A stretch of 57,774 nucleotides of DNA, counting the filler, from Candidatus Desantisbacteria bacterium CG1_02_49_89 (lineage in GTDB: Bacteria; Desantisbacteria; UBA1551): assembly GCA_001871075.1 (NCBI GenBank). It is 4 parts of 4 records of this genome, joined end to end, with 100 filler letters (N's around TTAATTAATTAA, not from the genome) between each part and the next. Parts side by side here need not be neighbours in the genome. Positions count along the whole stretch, not along the records: positions 31,584 to 45,898 come from MNUP01000073.1; 3 more parts are not named here. One strand, given 5' to 3'. The translations under genes and the position numbers were made by a program. The notes beneath the pieces were generated by a model that saw only the letters and a program-made list of their open reading frames with translations, made no database searches and was not told the DNA's origin. Positions within the stretch are counted from its first letter, which is position 1; the number at the start of each line of letters is the position of its first letter. Positions 34,988-43,741 of the stretch are shown in pieces.

Positions 34988-35138
34988 TCAAACCTCTCAA
35001 GATTAACCACAGAGACACAGAGGCACAGAGAACTACAAGTTTTTTTACAGGGAATTTATGAGAACTTAAAATGAATTCTTTTAGGTTCCCTGTGAAAAAA
35101 AGTTCTTCTCTGTGTCTCCGTGCCTCCGTGGTGAATTA

Positions 35139-36176
35139 TTACGGGTTTATGATTATTTTAAGGCCTTCTTTCTTTTTCATTGTTTCAAGCGCTTCGGGGA
35201 ATTTTGAGAGCGGGAACCTGTGTGTGATCAGGGCCTTGGCGTTAATTTTGCCGGAAGCCAGCATGTCAAGGGCGAGTTTCTGGTGAATGGCGCGCGAATC
35301 GGAACTGCCGCACACCCGCAGCTCCCTGTAATGGAGCAGGTTGGTGTGCAGGGTTGCGTACGGGTTGTCTTTAGGTATGCTTGAAAAGAAACTTATCCTC
35401 GCGCCTTTCGCGGCCATTTGGATGCTCTGCGCCTGCGCCTGCGCGTCCGGTGCCGCCACAATAACCGCGTCCGCTCCCCTTCCTCCCGTCAGATCCATGA
35501 CCTTTTTAACAGGGTCTTCTTCCTGGGAGCATATCGCGGCTTCAACGCCGAATTTCTTCGCGAATTCAAGCCTTGTCCTGGAACGCTGCACAAGTATCAC
35601 GCGTATTGCGCCTCTTGCCCTCGCGGTTTCAACATGCAGGTACCCGATGGGCCCTGCGCCTATCACGACGACCGTGTCCGCGGCGGTTATGCCGATTATC
35701 TCCTGCGCGTTTATAACGCACCCAAGCGGCTCTGAAAGAGAAGCCTCGTCGCTTGAAAGCCCGTCCGGAATCCTGAGGACGTTCCCCTGCGCTATCCCTA
35801 ACGGCGGTATCAGCATGTATTCCGCGAAAGCCCCGTCTATGGCGGTGCCTACGGGAATCAAGTTCTCGCACATATTCTGCAGGCCCTCCAGGCATAGAAT
35901 ACACCTGCCGCAGGGAATGCTGGTAGCCATCGTGACCCTTTCACCGATGCTGAACCCGGCCGCGCCGGTTCCGATTTCCGTTATCCTGCCGGCAAACTCG
36001 TGGCCCAGCACCAGCGGGGGCTTCATCCTGGGGTTGCCGTGCACGTAAGCCTTAAGGTCCGTCCCGCATATCGCACAGGACTCAACCCTGATAACGATAC
36101 CGCCCGCAGCCGTGGCGGGCATCTCCGCTTCCTTTACCGAAATCCTGCCCACGCCATCGTAAACAGCCGCCTTCAT
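35139..36176 (-). CDS. Zn-dependent polyol dehydrogenase (L-iditol/sorbitol DH-like)
   Basis: ICGTD, GHE, C..C..C...C structural Zn site and GAGPIG; start at MKAAVY. Confidence 0.9.
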   Translation of the reverse strand: MKAAVYDGVGRISVKEAEMPATAAGGIVIRVESCAICGTDLKAYVHGNPRMKPPLVLGHEFAGRITEIGTGAAGFSIGERVTMATSIPCGRCILCLEGLQNMCENLIPVGTAIDGAFAEYMLIPPLGIAQGNVLRIPDGLSSDEASLSEPLGCVINAQEIIGITAADTVVVIGAGPIGYLHVETARARGAIRVILVQRSRTRLEFAKKFGVEAAICSQEEDPVKKVMDLTGGRGADAVIVAAPDAQAQAQSIQMAAKGARISFFSSIPKDNPYATLHTNLLHYRELRVCGSSDSRAIHQKLALDMLASGKINAKALITHRFPLSKFPEALETMKKKEGLKIIINP

Positions 36177-36293
36177 TTTTACCCCGGGAAAATACGTTTT
36201 TGGCCCAAAAAAGCAAAAAGGGCCGGAAATACCGCGAAACACGCCATATTCTCCAGCCCTTCAGCTCTATTTTCCTTTCATATAACCTGATGG

Positions 36294-36971
36294 TTATTTG
36301 CCGGCCTTTTCCACCACGACATCCTTGAAAACGGCAACGCAGTCAGACGTTGAATTCGTCCACTTGCGCGCGCCTAACACTATCTTGCCCTTTGCCACGT
36401 ACGGCGCCTCGTTCCAGTCCTTGTCTTCCGCCTTCAGGACCTCCTTGCCGTCCAGGCTTATCGTTATCACGTTTTTGACCGCGGTTATCTTAAGGTCGTG
36501 CCACTTCGCGTCCCGCAGGGTCAGGTTCTCGCCTTCCGCTATCTTAAGCGGCGTGTCGTCGTTGGTGCCGACGCCCTCGGACATCTTGTGGATAAATATC
36601 CCGCGCGCCTAGAAAGCTATAGTGTACAGGTTCATTTCGTCCATGTACCTTATCCCTATCCACACGCCGTCCCTCCAGTCAGCGCCGGGAGAAGTCATTT
36701 TCAGCTTGCAGGAAAGCGAATAATCCGCCCAGTCTTCCTTGCCTGCTGACACCCCGACCACGTTCCAGCCGTCGTTCCCGCTGTTCTTAACCTCATACCC
36801 GTCAGCGGTAACCGCTGCCTCGCCGCCTTCCACTGTCCATGCCGGCGAACCGTCGCTGCCCTTGGCATACTTCTTGAAATCATCCGAAAAGAGCGGCGCG
36901 TCCGCGGCGAAACACCTTAACCACAGAGAACACAGAGACAAAACCAGGATCCCGGCCAATCTTTTTCTCAT
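36294..36971 (-). pseudogene. Secreted beta-sandwich (DUF1080/LamG-like) protein interrupted by one in-frame TAG at 36609-36611
   Basis: Track ORFs 36609-37043 and 36294-36584 are in the same frame and read ...YTIAF*ARGIFIHKMSEG...; LFSDDF, W.DY, WHDLKI, G.I.L and FKDV.V motifs span the stop. Confidence 0.75.
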
Positions 36972-37006
36972 ATCTCCCTCCCTTAAAATATGAACCCGTC
37001 CTTTTT

Positions 37007-38305
37007 TTAATACTGGCGGTATTTTATTGTGAGGTAGTCCCAATTTGTGTCTGTACTGTTCCTGGTATACCCTGTCACATACACATTGCCTGAGGAATCA
37101 ACTGCGATACCTCTGCCACCATCATCAGTTACCCCATTCCATACCTTCTGCCAGACAGTATTTCCATTTGTGTCATATTTTATTGTCAGGTAGTCCGAGT
37201 TTGTGCCGTTAGAGGAATACCCTGTTACATAGACATTGCCAGAGGAATCAACTGCGATGCCATAGCCATAATCAGCACCTATGCCATTATATGCCTTCTG
37301 CCATACAGTTTCCCCATCTGCGTTGTATTTTATTGTCAGGTAGTCATAGGTTGTACCGTTATAGAACTGCCCTGTCACATACACATTTCTTGAGGAATCC
37401 ACTGCGATGCCTCTGCCCCAATCATCATTTCCCCCATCCCACGCCTTCTGCCATACAGTTTCCCCATCTGCGTTGTATTTTATTGTGAGGTAGTCCTTGT
37501 TTGAGTTGCCAGTGGAATACCCTGCCACATATACATTGCCTGAGGAATCAACTGCAATACCATAGGCATCATCATCTTTTCCTAATCCCCTATCCCACGC
37601 CTTCTGCCAAACAATATTCCTTGCTGAATCGTATTTTATTGTCAGGTAATCCCAGTTTGTGTCTGTGCTGTTTCTGGTATACCCTGTCACATAGACATTG
37701 CCCGAGGAATCCACTGCGATGCCTCTGCCACCATCATCAGCTACCCCATCCCACGCCTCCTGCCAGACAAAACTCCCTGCTGAATCGTATTTTCTTGTCA
37801 GGCAGTCGTTCCCCGGGACTGCGCCGTTATAGGACCACCCTGTTACATATACGTTGCCCGTGTCGTCAACTGCAACGTCATAACCCCAATCATCACCACC
37901 AAACCCATTCCACGCTTCCTGCCACACAGTATCCCCGGTTGAGTTGTATTTTATTGTGAGGTAGTCCTTGTTTGAGTTGCCAATGGAATACCCTGTTACA
38001 TAGACATTTCCTGAGGAGTCAACTGCAATGCCATAGGCATCATCATCATTTCCTAATCCCCTATCCTACGCCTTCTGCCAGACAGTTTCTGCGTTTGTGT
38101 ATTGCACTGGTCCAGGCGTTGTTTCGCCACCTGTTCCTGTATCCGGAACTTTTGGGATTTTCCCCTCATCCTGGCCCTTCTTTATTACCTGCTCTGCTCC
38201 GCCTGATGAACCGAAGCCCACAAAGAAAGCATAAGAAGAAACAGTAACCAGTATTAAGTAGAAAGCAACTAACAGAAACACTAAAACCATAACTGACTTT
38301 TTCAT
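37007..38305 (-). pseudogene. Exported SBBP-type seven-bladed beta-propeller protein interrupted by one in-frame TAG at 38066-38068
   Basis: Seven IAVDSSGNVYVTG-type repeats in a single frame. WQKA*DRGLG at the stop matches WQKAWDRGLG in repeat 4, implying TGG>TAG. Confidence 0.85.
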
Positions 38306-38321
38306 TTTCTTCTCCAATTTT

Positions 38322-39230
38322 TTAAAATTTAATGTATACCTGCCCTAATTTCTTCCTCGCGTCGTCCTCCTCCCTGTAGAACATATTCTCTACCGCCGCG
38401 GCGATCTGGCCCGCGACCGCGGAAAGCATTGTCAGGTTCTTGTTCCTGTAACCTCCCGCTTTCTTTTTCCCCAGTATTATCAGCCCGATATCCCTGCTTC
38501 CTAATTTTATCGGGCTTGCTATCATGGAAAGGATCTCCGGCTCGGATTTTATCTTCCCGGACAGGCCTTCGGCTGCAGCGTCGTTCACTATCCTGCCCAC
38601 GGTTTCCTTCATCACGCTCTCCACCAGCCCGTTTTCAACGTCCGATATGCCTGCGGATTCCTTGACCGCGTATCCCTGCGAGAACTGGTTATGCAGGATG
38701 AATGCCGCGCAGTTTGAGCCTGTCGCGTTCAGCAGGGCATTGAGCGTTCCGGAGAGCAGCTCTTTCAGGTCGCGTGAGGAACCTATGGTCCTTCCGGTCT
38801 CGTAAAGCGCCACAAGCTCTTCGGTGGAGGACCTGAGCCGCTCGCTCATTATTTTTATCAGGAAAAACAGCAGCCTGGACGCGGTTTCGTAGTCGGTCCT
38901 GAGCATCCCCTCAAAAGCCCCGCGCTCTATGGCAAGGACCCTGACCTTTTCAAGCGCCTTGGCGTTGGCGGAATGGGGACCTCCGTCAAGCAGGGACATC
39001 TCGCCGAAGAAATCCCCCTGCTCTAATATCGCCAGCGCCTTGTCCTCTTTCCCCTCTATCTTTTTGCTTATGAGCACCCTGCCGGACTCAATGACGTAAA
39101 ATCTCCGGCCGGGTGTCCCTTCTTCAACTATCTTTTCTCCCTCGGAATATTCCTTCCTGGCTGCAAGCCCTAATATCTTCTTCTCGTCCTGTTCGCCGAG
39201 GTCGGTGAAGACCGATTTCAAAACGCTCAT
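38322..39230 (-). CDS. Cyclic-nucleotide-binding + GAF domain protein
   Basis: FYVI.SG.V and GDFFGEMSLLDG..SA (cNMP); SMIASP...IG.I.L...L.AVA.Q.A.A.EN (GAF). Confidence 0.88.
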   Translation of the reverse strand: MSVLKSVFTDLGEQDEKKILGLAARKEYSEGEKIVEEGTPGRRFYVIESGRVLISKKIEGKEDKALAILEQGDFFGEMSLLDGGPHSANAKALEKVRVLAIERGAFEGMLRTDYETASRLLFFLIKIMSERLRSSTEELVALYETGRTIGSSRDLKELLSGTLNALLNATGSNCAAFILHNQFSQGYAVKESAGISDVENGLVESVMKETVGRIVNDAAAEGLSGKIKSEPEILSMIASPIKLGSRDIGLIILGKKKAGGYRNKNLTMLSAVAGQIAAAVENMFYREEDDARKKLGQVYIKF

Positions 39231-40273
39231 CTTATAAGCCTCCTCAGCTCGTCCGGATTGCTGGATTTGGATATACCCTCATCGTATGAAATAAATCCCT
39301 TATCGTACAGGTCTTTTATCGCCTGTTCCATTGTTTTCATCCCGGCCTGGGTGCTGGTCTGTATGGCGCTGTATATCTGGTGGGTCTTGCCTTCCCTTAT
39401 AAGGTTCGCTATCGCGGGGTTGATAAGCATTACTTCTCTCGCCGCGACACGGCCTCCACCCACCTTGCTCAGGAGCTGCTGGGACAGCACGCCTTCCAGC
39501 GCCATTGAAAGCTGCGCCCTTATCTGCTGCTGCTGGTACGGCGGGAAAACGTCTATGATGCGGTCAACGGTCTGCGCCGCGTCTATGGTGTGCAGGGTGG
39601 AGAATATCAGGTGGCCTGTTTCCGCAAGGGTCAGGGCTGCGGCGATGGTCTCAAGGTCCCTCATCTCGCCCACAAGCAGCACGTCCGGGTCCTCCCGCAG
39701 CGCGTACTTCAGCGCGCTGGCAAAGGTTTTTGTGTGAATGGTCAGTTCCCTCTGGTTTATGATGGCTTTCCTTCTCTGGTAGATGAACTCAATCGGGTCC
39801 TCTATGGTAATTATGTGGCAGTTCCTTTCCAAGTTAATAAGGTTCAGCATCGCCGCCAGGCTGGTGGACTTGCCGCTGCCGGTCGGCCCGGTCACAAGCA
39901 CAAGGCCCCTGGGAAGCCTTGCCAGCCTGAAAGCCGCCTCAGGCATTTCTATCTCTTCCATCGTGGGGATAAGCGCCGGTATTGCGCGCAGGGCCGCCGC
40001 GATCCCGCCGGAGTCCATGTAAACGTTCACCCTGAAACGCCCGTTCGGCATGCCGTAGGAAAGGTCCAGCTCGTATTCGTTCTCGAACTTCTTAGCCTGA
40101 TCGCTGGTCAGTATGCTGTAAACAAGGCTGCGGGTTTCTTCAAACGTAAGAGGCTTATCCCCGAAAGGCAATAACTCGCCGCTTATCCTGAGCATGGGCG
40201 GCGAACCCGCGCTTATGTGTATGTCCGAAGCGCCTTTTTCCAGCGCTGCCTTTAAAATGGCATTCATATCCAT
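39227..40273 (-). CDS. pilT: Type IV pilus retraction ATPase PilT
   Basis: ASDIH, GPTGSGKST, TIEDPIE, LREDPD...GEMRD, AETGH..STLHT and ANLIRE motifs. Confidence 0.93.
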   Translation of the reverse strand: MDMNAILKAALEKGASDIHISAGSPPMLRISGELLPFGDKPLTFEETRSLVYSILTSDQAKKFENEYELDLSYGMPNGRFRVNVYMDSGGIAAALRAIPALIPTMEEIEMPEAAFRLARLPRGLVLVTGPTGSGKSTSLAAMLNLINLERNCHIITIEDPIEFIYQRRKAIINQRELTIHTKTFASALKYALREDPDVLLVGEMRDLETIAAALTLAETGHLIFSTLHTIDAAQTVDRIIDVFPPYQQQQIRAQLSMALEGVLSQQLLSKVGGGRVAAREVMLINPAIANLIREGKTHQIYSAIQTSTQAGMKTMEQAIKDLYDKGFISYDEGISKSSNPDELRRLIR

Positions 40274-40282
40274 TTTTTCCCC

Positions 40283-41521
40283 TTAGAAGTGGAGCTTGGT
40301 CTCTATCGAGGTTGAATTGATTCTCTGCCCGTCCGGCGCGTATTTCTGCGTGTAGACGTAGATGATGTCAACGTTCTCCGATACCCCGTAAGAAACCCTT
40401 GCCTGCATCATCTGGTCATCTGGTTTTTGCGGGACTGCGCCAAGGTTCTTATAGTCATAAGCCGCGCTGATATTGATGCGCTGCTTGGTAATGCTGAACA
40501 GGTTCTCGTTGAGCGTGAGCCCGGCGTGCAGCCACGGGCATCCTTCCATCTTGGTGCCGTCCGTGAACGCGTCCTCATACGAAACAAGGATATACACCGC
40601 GTTCATTATGCCGAAGTTCAGCTCCCCGTACCACCCGTTATACCTTTCGGTCGTGGATTTAACGAGCTTGGGTTTGCCCATTTCATAGTAACCGTCAAAA
40701 TACCGCGGGCTGAAATCCGCGCCTAAGTTGCGGTACTCAAACCTGTAGTCTATGGAGAACCATTCCCAGCCTTTGCCGCCCATGAACCCTGTCGCAAGCC
40801 CGTTGCCGTGGCCAAGCATCTGGGCTACGTCAAGGTAGTAAGTGAGCCAGCCTTTTATGATCGGCAGGTCAAGGTCAGCGCCTATTATATTGACCTTCGT
40901 TTCCGGCACGTTGGCAAGCGCGTCCACCGCAACGCCCGTCTCCACGTCAGTCGCGTAACTTACGCCTATCGCAAGCTCGCTTAACACCGGGATATCGGAC
41001 CCTATGATCTTTAACGGCTTCACGTAAGGCCTCAGCCCGTAAACCGTGACCCTGTCCGGGAATATGTTGCTGAACACTGTTTCAAGCCCCCACTGCTCAA
41101 AATTCAGGTCCAGTTCAAGGCCTATGTTCCTGTAGGCGTTCAGGTACGCCCTCTGGTTCATATTTGAATACCCGCCCAGTATAAAACCGTGTCCCAGGGT
41201 CGCGGACTGCATGTCCCCGATCCTGAAATAAAGAGGGCTTGCGCCTTTCTCCGCCCACTGGATGAACAGTATGAGGTTCGCCCAGTCTTCCTTCTCCCAG
41301 AGCTTTATGCCGTCCGTGTCGTTCCAGGTCAGGCCCAGGTTGAGCCCGACCTTCAGCTTGTTGAATTTCATCACGGGCTGCAGCGCCACCCTGTACCACA
41401 TTTCTCCGTTTATGCTGATAGCGCCTATGGAACCGCCCATTGAAAAATTCTCGCCTGCTGAAGTTGTCAAGGGAAAAACCAATCCTGCTATTAATATGGA
41501 AAAAACGACTATGCGCTTCAT
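40283..41521 (-). CDS. Exported hypothetical protein, probable outer-membrane beta-barrel
   Basis: Signal peptide, alternating amphipathic strands, TLGHG.I...YSN motif and terminal Phe. Confidence 0.65.
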   Translation of the reverse strand: MKRIVVFSILIAGLVFPLTTSAGENFSMGGSIGAISINGEMWYRVALQPVMKFNKLKVGLNLGLTWNDTDGIKLWEKEDWANLILFIQWAEKGASPLYFRIGDMQSATLGHGFILGGYSNMNQRAYLNAYRNIGLELDLNFEQWGLETVFSNIFPDRVTVYGLRPYVKPLKIIGSDIPVLSELAIGVSYATDVETGVAVDALANVPETKVNIIGADLDLPIIKGWLTYYLDVAQMLGHGNGLATGFMGGKGWEWFSIDYRFEYRNLGADFSPRYFDGYYEMGKPKLVKSTTERYNGWYGELNFGIMNAVYILVSYEDAFTDGTKMEGCPWLHAGLTLNENLFSITKQRINISAAYDYKNLGAVPQKPDDQMMQARVSYGVSENVDIIYVYTQKYAPDGQRINSTSIETKLHF

Positions 41522-41564
41522 TGAAACCTCCCGTATAATATATTATAGTTCCATTATAGGATAT

Positions 41565-41592
41565 ATTATAACAAATTTATCCTGTTTGTCAA
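41565..41592 (-). promoter_or_regulatory. Sigma70-type promoter TTGACA-N16-TATAAT with extended -10 TG
   Basis: Minus strand CTTGACAAACAGGATAAATTTGTTATAAT, about 44 nt upstream of the 41521 start. Confidence 0.8.
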
Positions 41593-41688
41593 GCCCCGAC
41601 AGCTTTTGTCGGGGCGCAGACCCCCCTGTTTTATGCCGAAGGCATAGGAGGGGTCAAGCCCCAATGACTTTTGTCGGAGCGCCGGGGG

Positions 41689-42546
41689 TCAGTTAATTCC
41701 CAGTATCTTGTGGAACTGGGGAATAATCCTGACGTCTTCCAGGCTGTGCCCGGCGATCCGCTGGAATTCAAACAGGTCCTTATGGCGCTGCCCGGACGCG
41801 GGCTGGATAACCAGAGGGATCTTTCTGTCAACCCCGGCAACAAGAAGCGCTGCTTTTTCAATCTCCCGGGCGGTAGTCCTGCCTGTGACCACGACCTTCA
41901 CGAAAACCCTGTTCCCTGCCGCGCGCAGGAACCTTCGGTGTTTTTCCCACAGGTCTCTTCTACCTGTCGCGCTGGGGAATTTTATGTCCATTGCGACGAA
42001 ATCCACGTTTTTTATTATCCCGCGCAAGGCGGCAGGCAGCGTTCCGTTTGTTTCCAGGTAGATCCTGAAACCCAGGCCCTTCAGGTCCGGGATCAGTTCT
42101 TTCAGGAAATCCGCCTGCAGAAGCGGCTCTCCCCCGGTCAGGGAAATTGAATGATAGTGAAAAGTTGAAGGTTGCCCGCCCCGATTGATATCGGGGCGAG
42201 ATCTCGCCCCCGAGTAAGGGGCGGAAAAGTTGAAAGTTAAATACTCCTTCAAAACCGCGACAATATCTTTTGATGATATTGGATTTTTAAGTTTTAACCT
42301 TTCCCGCCCAATCAAAACGATTGGGCGAGGTCTCGCCCGCTGAAAAGACGGGCGGAGACTTTTGCAATCTGTAATCTGCAATTTATTTATACAATACTCC
42401 TGTCGCTTCCAGGAAAACCGGCTGTCGCAGTAATCACAGCGTCGAAGATTGCAGCCGGAGAAACGGATGAATATCTGCCTGACGCCGGCGTATATCCCCT
42501 CGCCCTGTATGCTGTCAAATATCTCCGCCACCCACGCGCTTCGCAT
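41689..42546 (-). CDS. queE: 7-carboxy-7-deazaguanine synthase (radical SAM) with two in-frame hairpin insertions
   Basis: EIFDSIQGEG...G.RQIFIRF.GCN, SLTGGEPLLQ, LETNGT, MDIK and R.IPQ.HK motifs. The start could be the GTG at 42576. Confidence 0.88.
   Translation of the reverse strand: MRSAWVAEIFDSIQGEGIYAGVRQIFIRFSGCNLRRCDYCDSRFSWKRQEYCINKLQITDCKSLRPSFQRARPRPIVLIGRERLKLKNPISSKDIVAVLKEYLTFNFSAPYSGARSRPDINRGGQPSTFHYHSISLTGGEPLLQADFLKELIPDLKGLGFRIYLETNGTLPAALRGIIKNVDFVAMDIKFPSATGRRDLWEKHRRFLRAAGNRVFVKVVVTGRTTAREIEKAALLVAGVDRKIPLVIQPASGQRHKDLFEFQRIAGHSLEDVRIIPQFHKILGIN
42175..42225 (-). repeat. Double-hairpin element family A (51 nt, in-frame in queE)
   Basis: TCCGCCCC..GGGGCGAGATCTCGCCCCGAT..ATCGGGGCGGG inside an AAAGTTG heptamer array. 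Confidence 0.9.
42303..42356 (-). repeat. Double-hairpin element family A (54 nt, in-frame in queE)
   Basis: TCCGCCCG..CGGGCGAGACCTCGCCCAATC..GATTGGGCGGG. Confidence 0.9.
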
Positions 42547-42583
42547 AGTGATTGTTTCATTAGTCCGATTGCCCACAAACTAT

Positions 42584-43666
42584 TTACAACAGGTTTATCG
42601 GGTATCTGCCGAACTCATGGACTGTCCTGTAAAACGCCAGAATGTTCTCAAGCGGCGTGGAGGGCGTTACCTCGCTGGATGAACCTATGAAATGCCCTCC
42701 TCCGGCAGAAGCATCTCTTATGCAATTCTTCACAGCTTCAATGACCTGTTCCTTCGTTCCCAGCGGAAGCACCTGCGAACAGTCCACGTTGCCCAGGAGT
42801 ATAAGCTTCCCGTGGTATTTTTTCTTAAGCAGCGCGATATCCATGCCCGCTATAGGCTCTATGGGATTGAGCCCGTCTATGCCCGCCTCGATCATGTCGT
42901 CAAGTATCTCCATAACGTTCCCGTCGCTGTGGAACATAACCTTCACACCGTGCGCGTGAAGCGCGTCGCATACCCTTCGGAGCATCGGTATGAAGGTCCT
43001 GCGCAGAAAAGCAGGAGAGAACATCAGCCGCCCCTTGTACGCTATATCGTCCCCCACCATGCACAGCGGGCACGCTTTTGCTTCACCGGCAACCTGGGCG
43101 TATCTTACGTGCTCTTCGCATCTGTTGTCAAGAAGCCGCTGCAAAGCTTCGGGAGCGTCATAGATCGCAGTTGAAAAAGTTTCAAGCCCCATCACGCTGT
43201 ATGACGCGTGGAACCCGCATCCGATGCACGGCACGAACATTGTCTTGGGCGCGAAAGCCTCCTGGCAGGTTTTTAACCACGGCAGCCATGAGTTTTGGTA
43301 ATAGTCAATAGGGGGCGGCTGGAAATCAAACGCCTTCAGGTCTTCCATGGTTCTTACGGCGTGCTTTGTCTCCCACCTTGTCTGGCCTGACACCAGTGTT
43401 TCAACGCATCCAGCCTGCGTGCCCTGCCCGTTCTGTTCCTGCGAAAAACTCTCGCCGAAACCCCTGCACAGGTCTATCCCCAGCCCGTGGTACACCCTGA
43501 CATTCGCCTTGAGCAGGTCGGTCTCGCCCGGCGCAAAATGCTCAAGGGCGTACCTGTTGTCCATATAATCCCAGATCGGGACCCTGTCTGCTTCGCAGAA
43601 ATTTGCGGACTTCATTATCCTGTCGTATATTTTCGGGTCAACCAGCTTTTCGCTGTAAAATCCCAT
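42584..43666 (-). CDS. UroD/MtaA-CmuA-like protein (paralog 3)
   Basis: DRVP, MGLE.F, GDDIA, FHSDGN, GIDG.NPIEP and TPLENI motifs. Confidence 0.87.
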   Translation of the reverse strand: MGFYSEKLVDPKIYDRIMKSANFCEADRVPIWDYMDNRYALEHFAPGETDLLKANVRVYHGLGIDLCRGFGESFSQEQNGQGTQAGCVETLVSGQTRWETKHAVRTMEDLKAFDFQPPPIDYYQNSWLPWLKTCQEAFAPKTMFVPCIGCGFHASYSVMGLETFSTAIYDAPEALQRLLDNRCEEHVRYAQVAGEAKACPLCMVGDDIAYKGRLMFSPAFLRRTFIPMLRRVCDALHAHGVKVMFHSDGNVMEILDDMIEAGIDGLNPIEPIAGMDIALLKKKYHGKLILLGNVDCSQVLPLGTKEQVIEAVKNCIRDASAGGGHFIGSSSEVTPSTPLENILAFYRTVHEFGRYPINLL

Positions 43667-43741
43667 TTAAATCCCACCAGAAATGTCATTGCGAACGCAG
43701 TGAAGCAATCTCATATAGACTTCTACTTGATACTTGACTCT

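Noticed and set aside
36609-38068. Genome-wide reassignment of TAG to a sense codon
   Set aside because: Several genes end at TAG at plausible C-termini, and the other long genes contain no in-frame TAG.
37007-38090. Roughly 150-nt periodic repeats as a CRISPR array or DGR template/variable pair
   Set aside because: They are coding beta-propeller blades; there is no repeat-spacer pattern and no cas or reverse transcriptase gene in the window.
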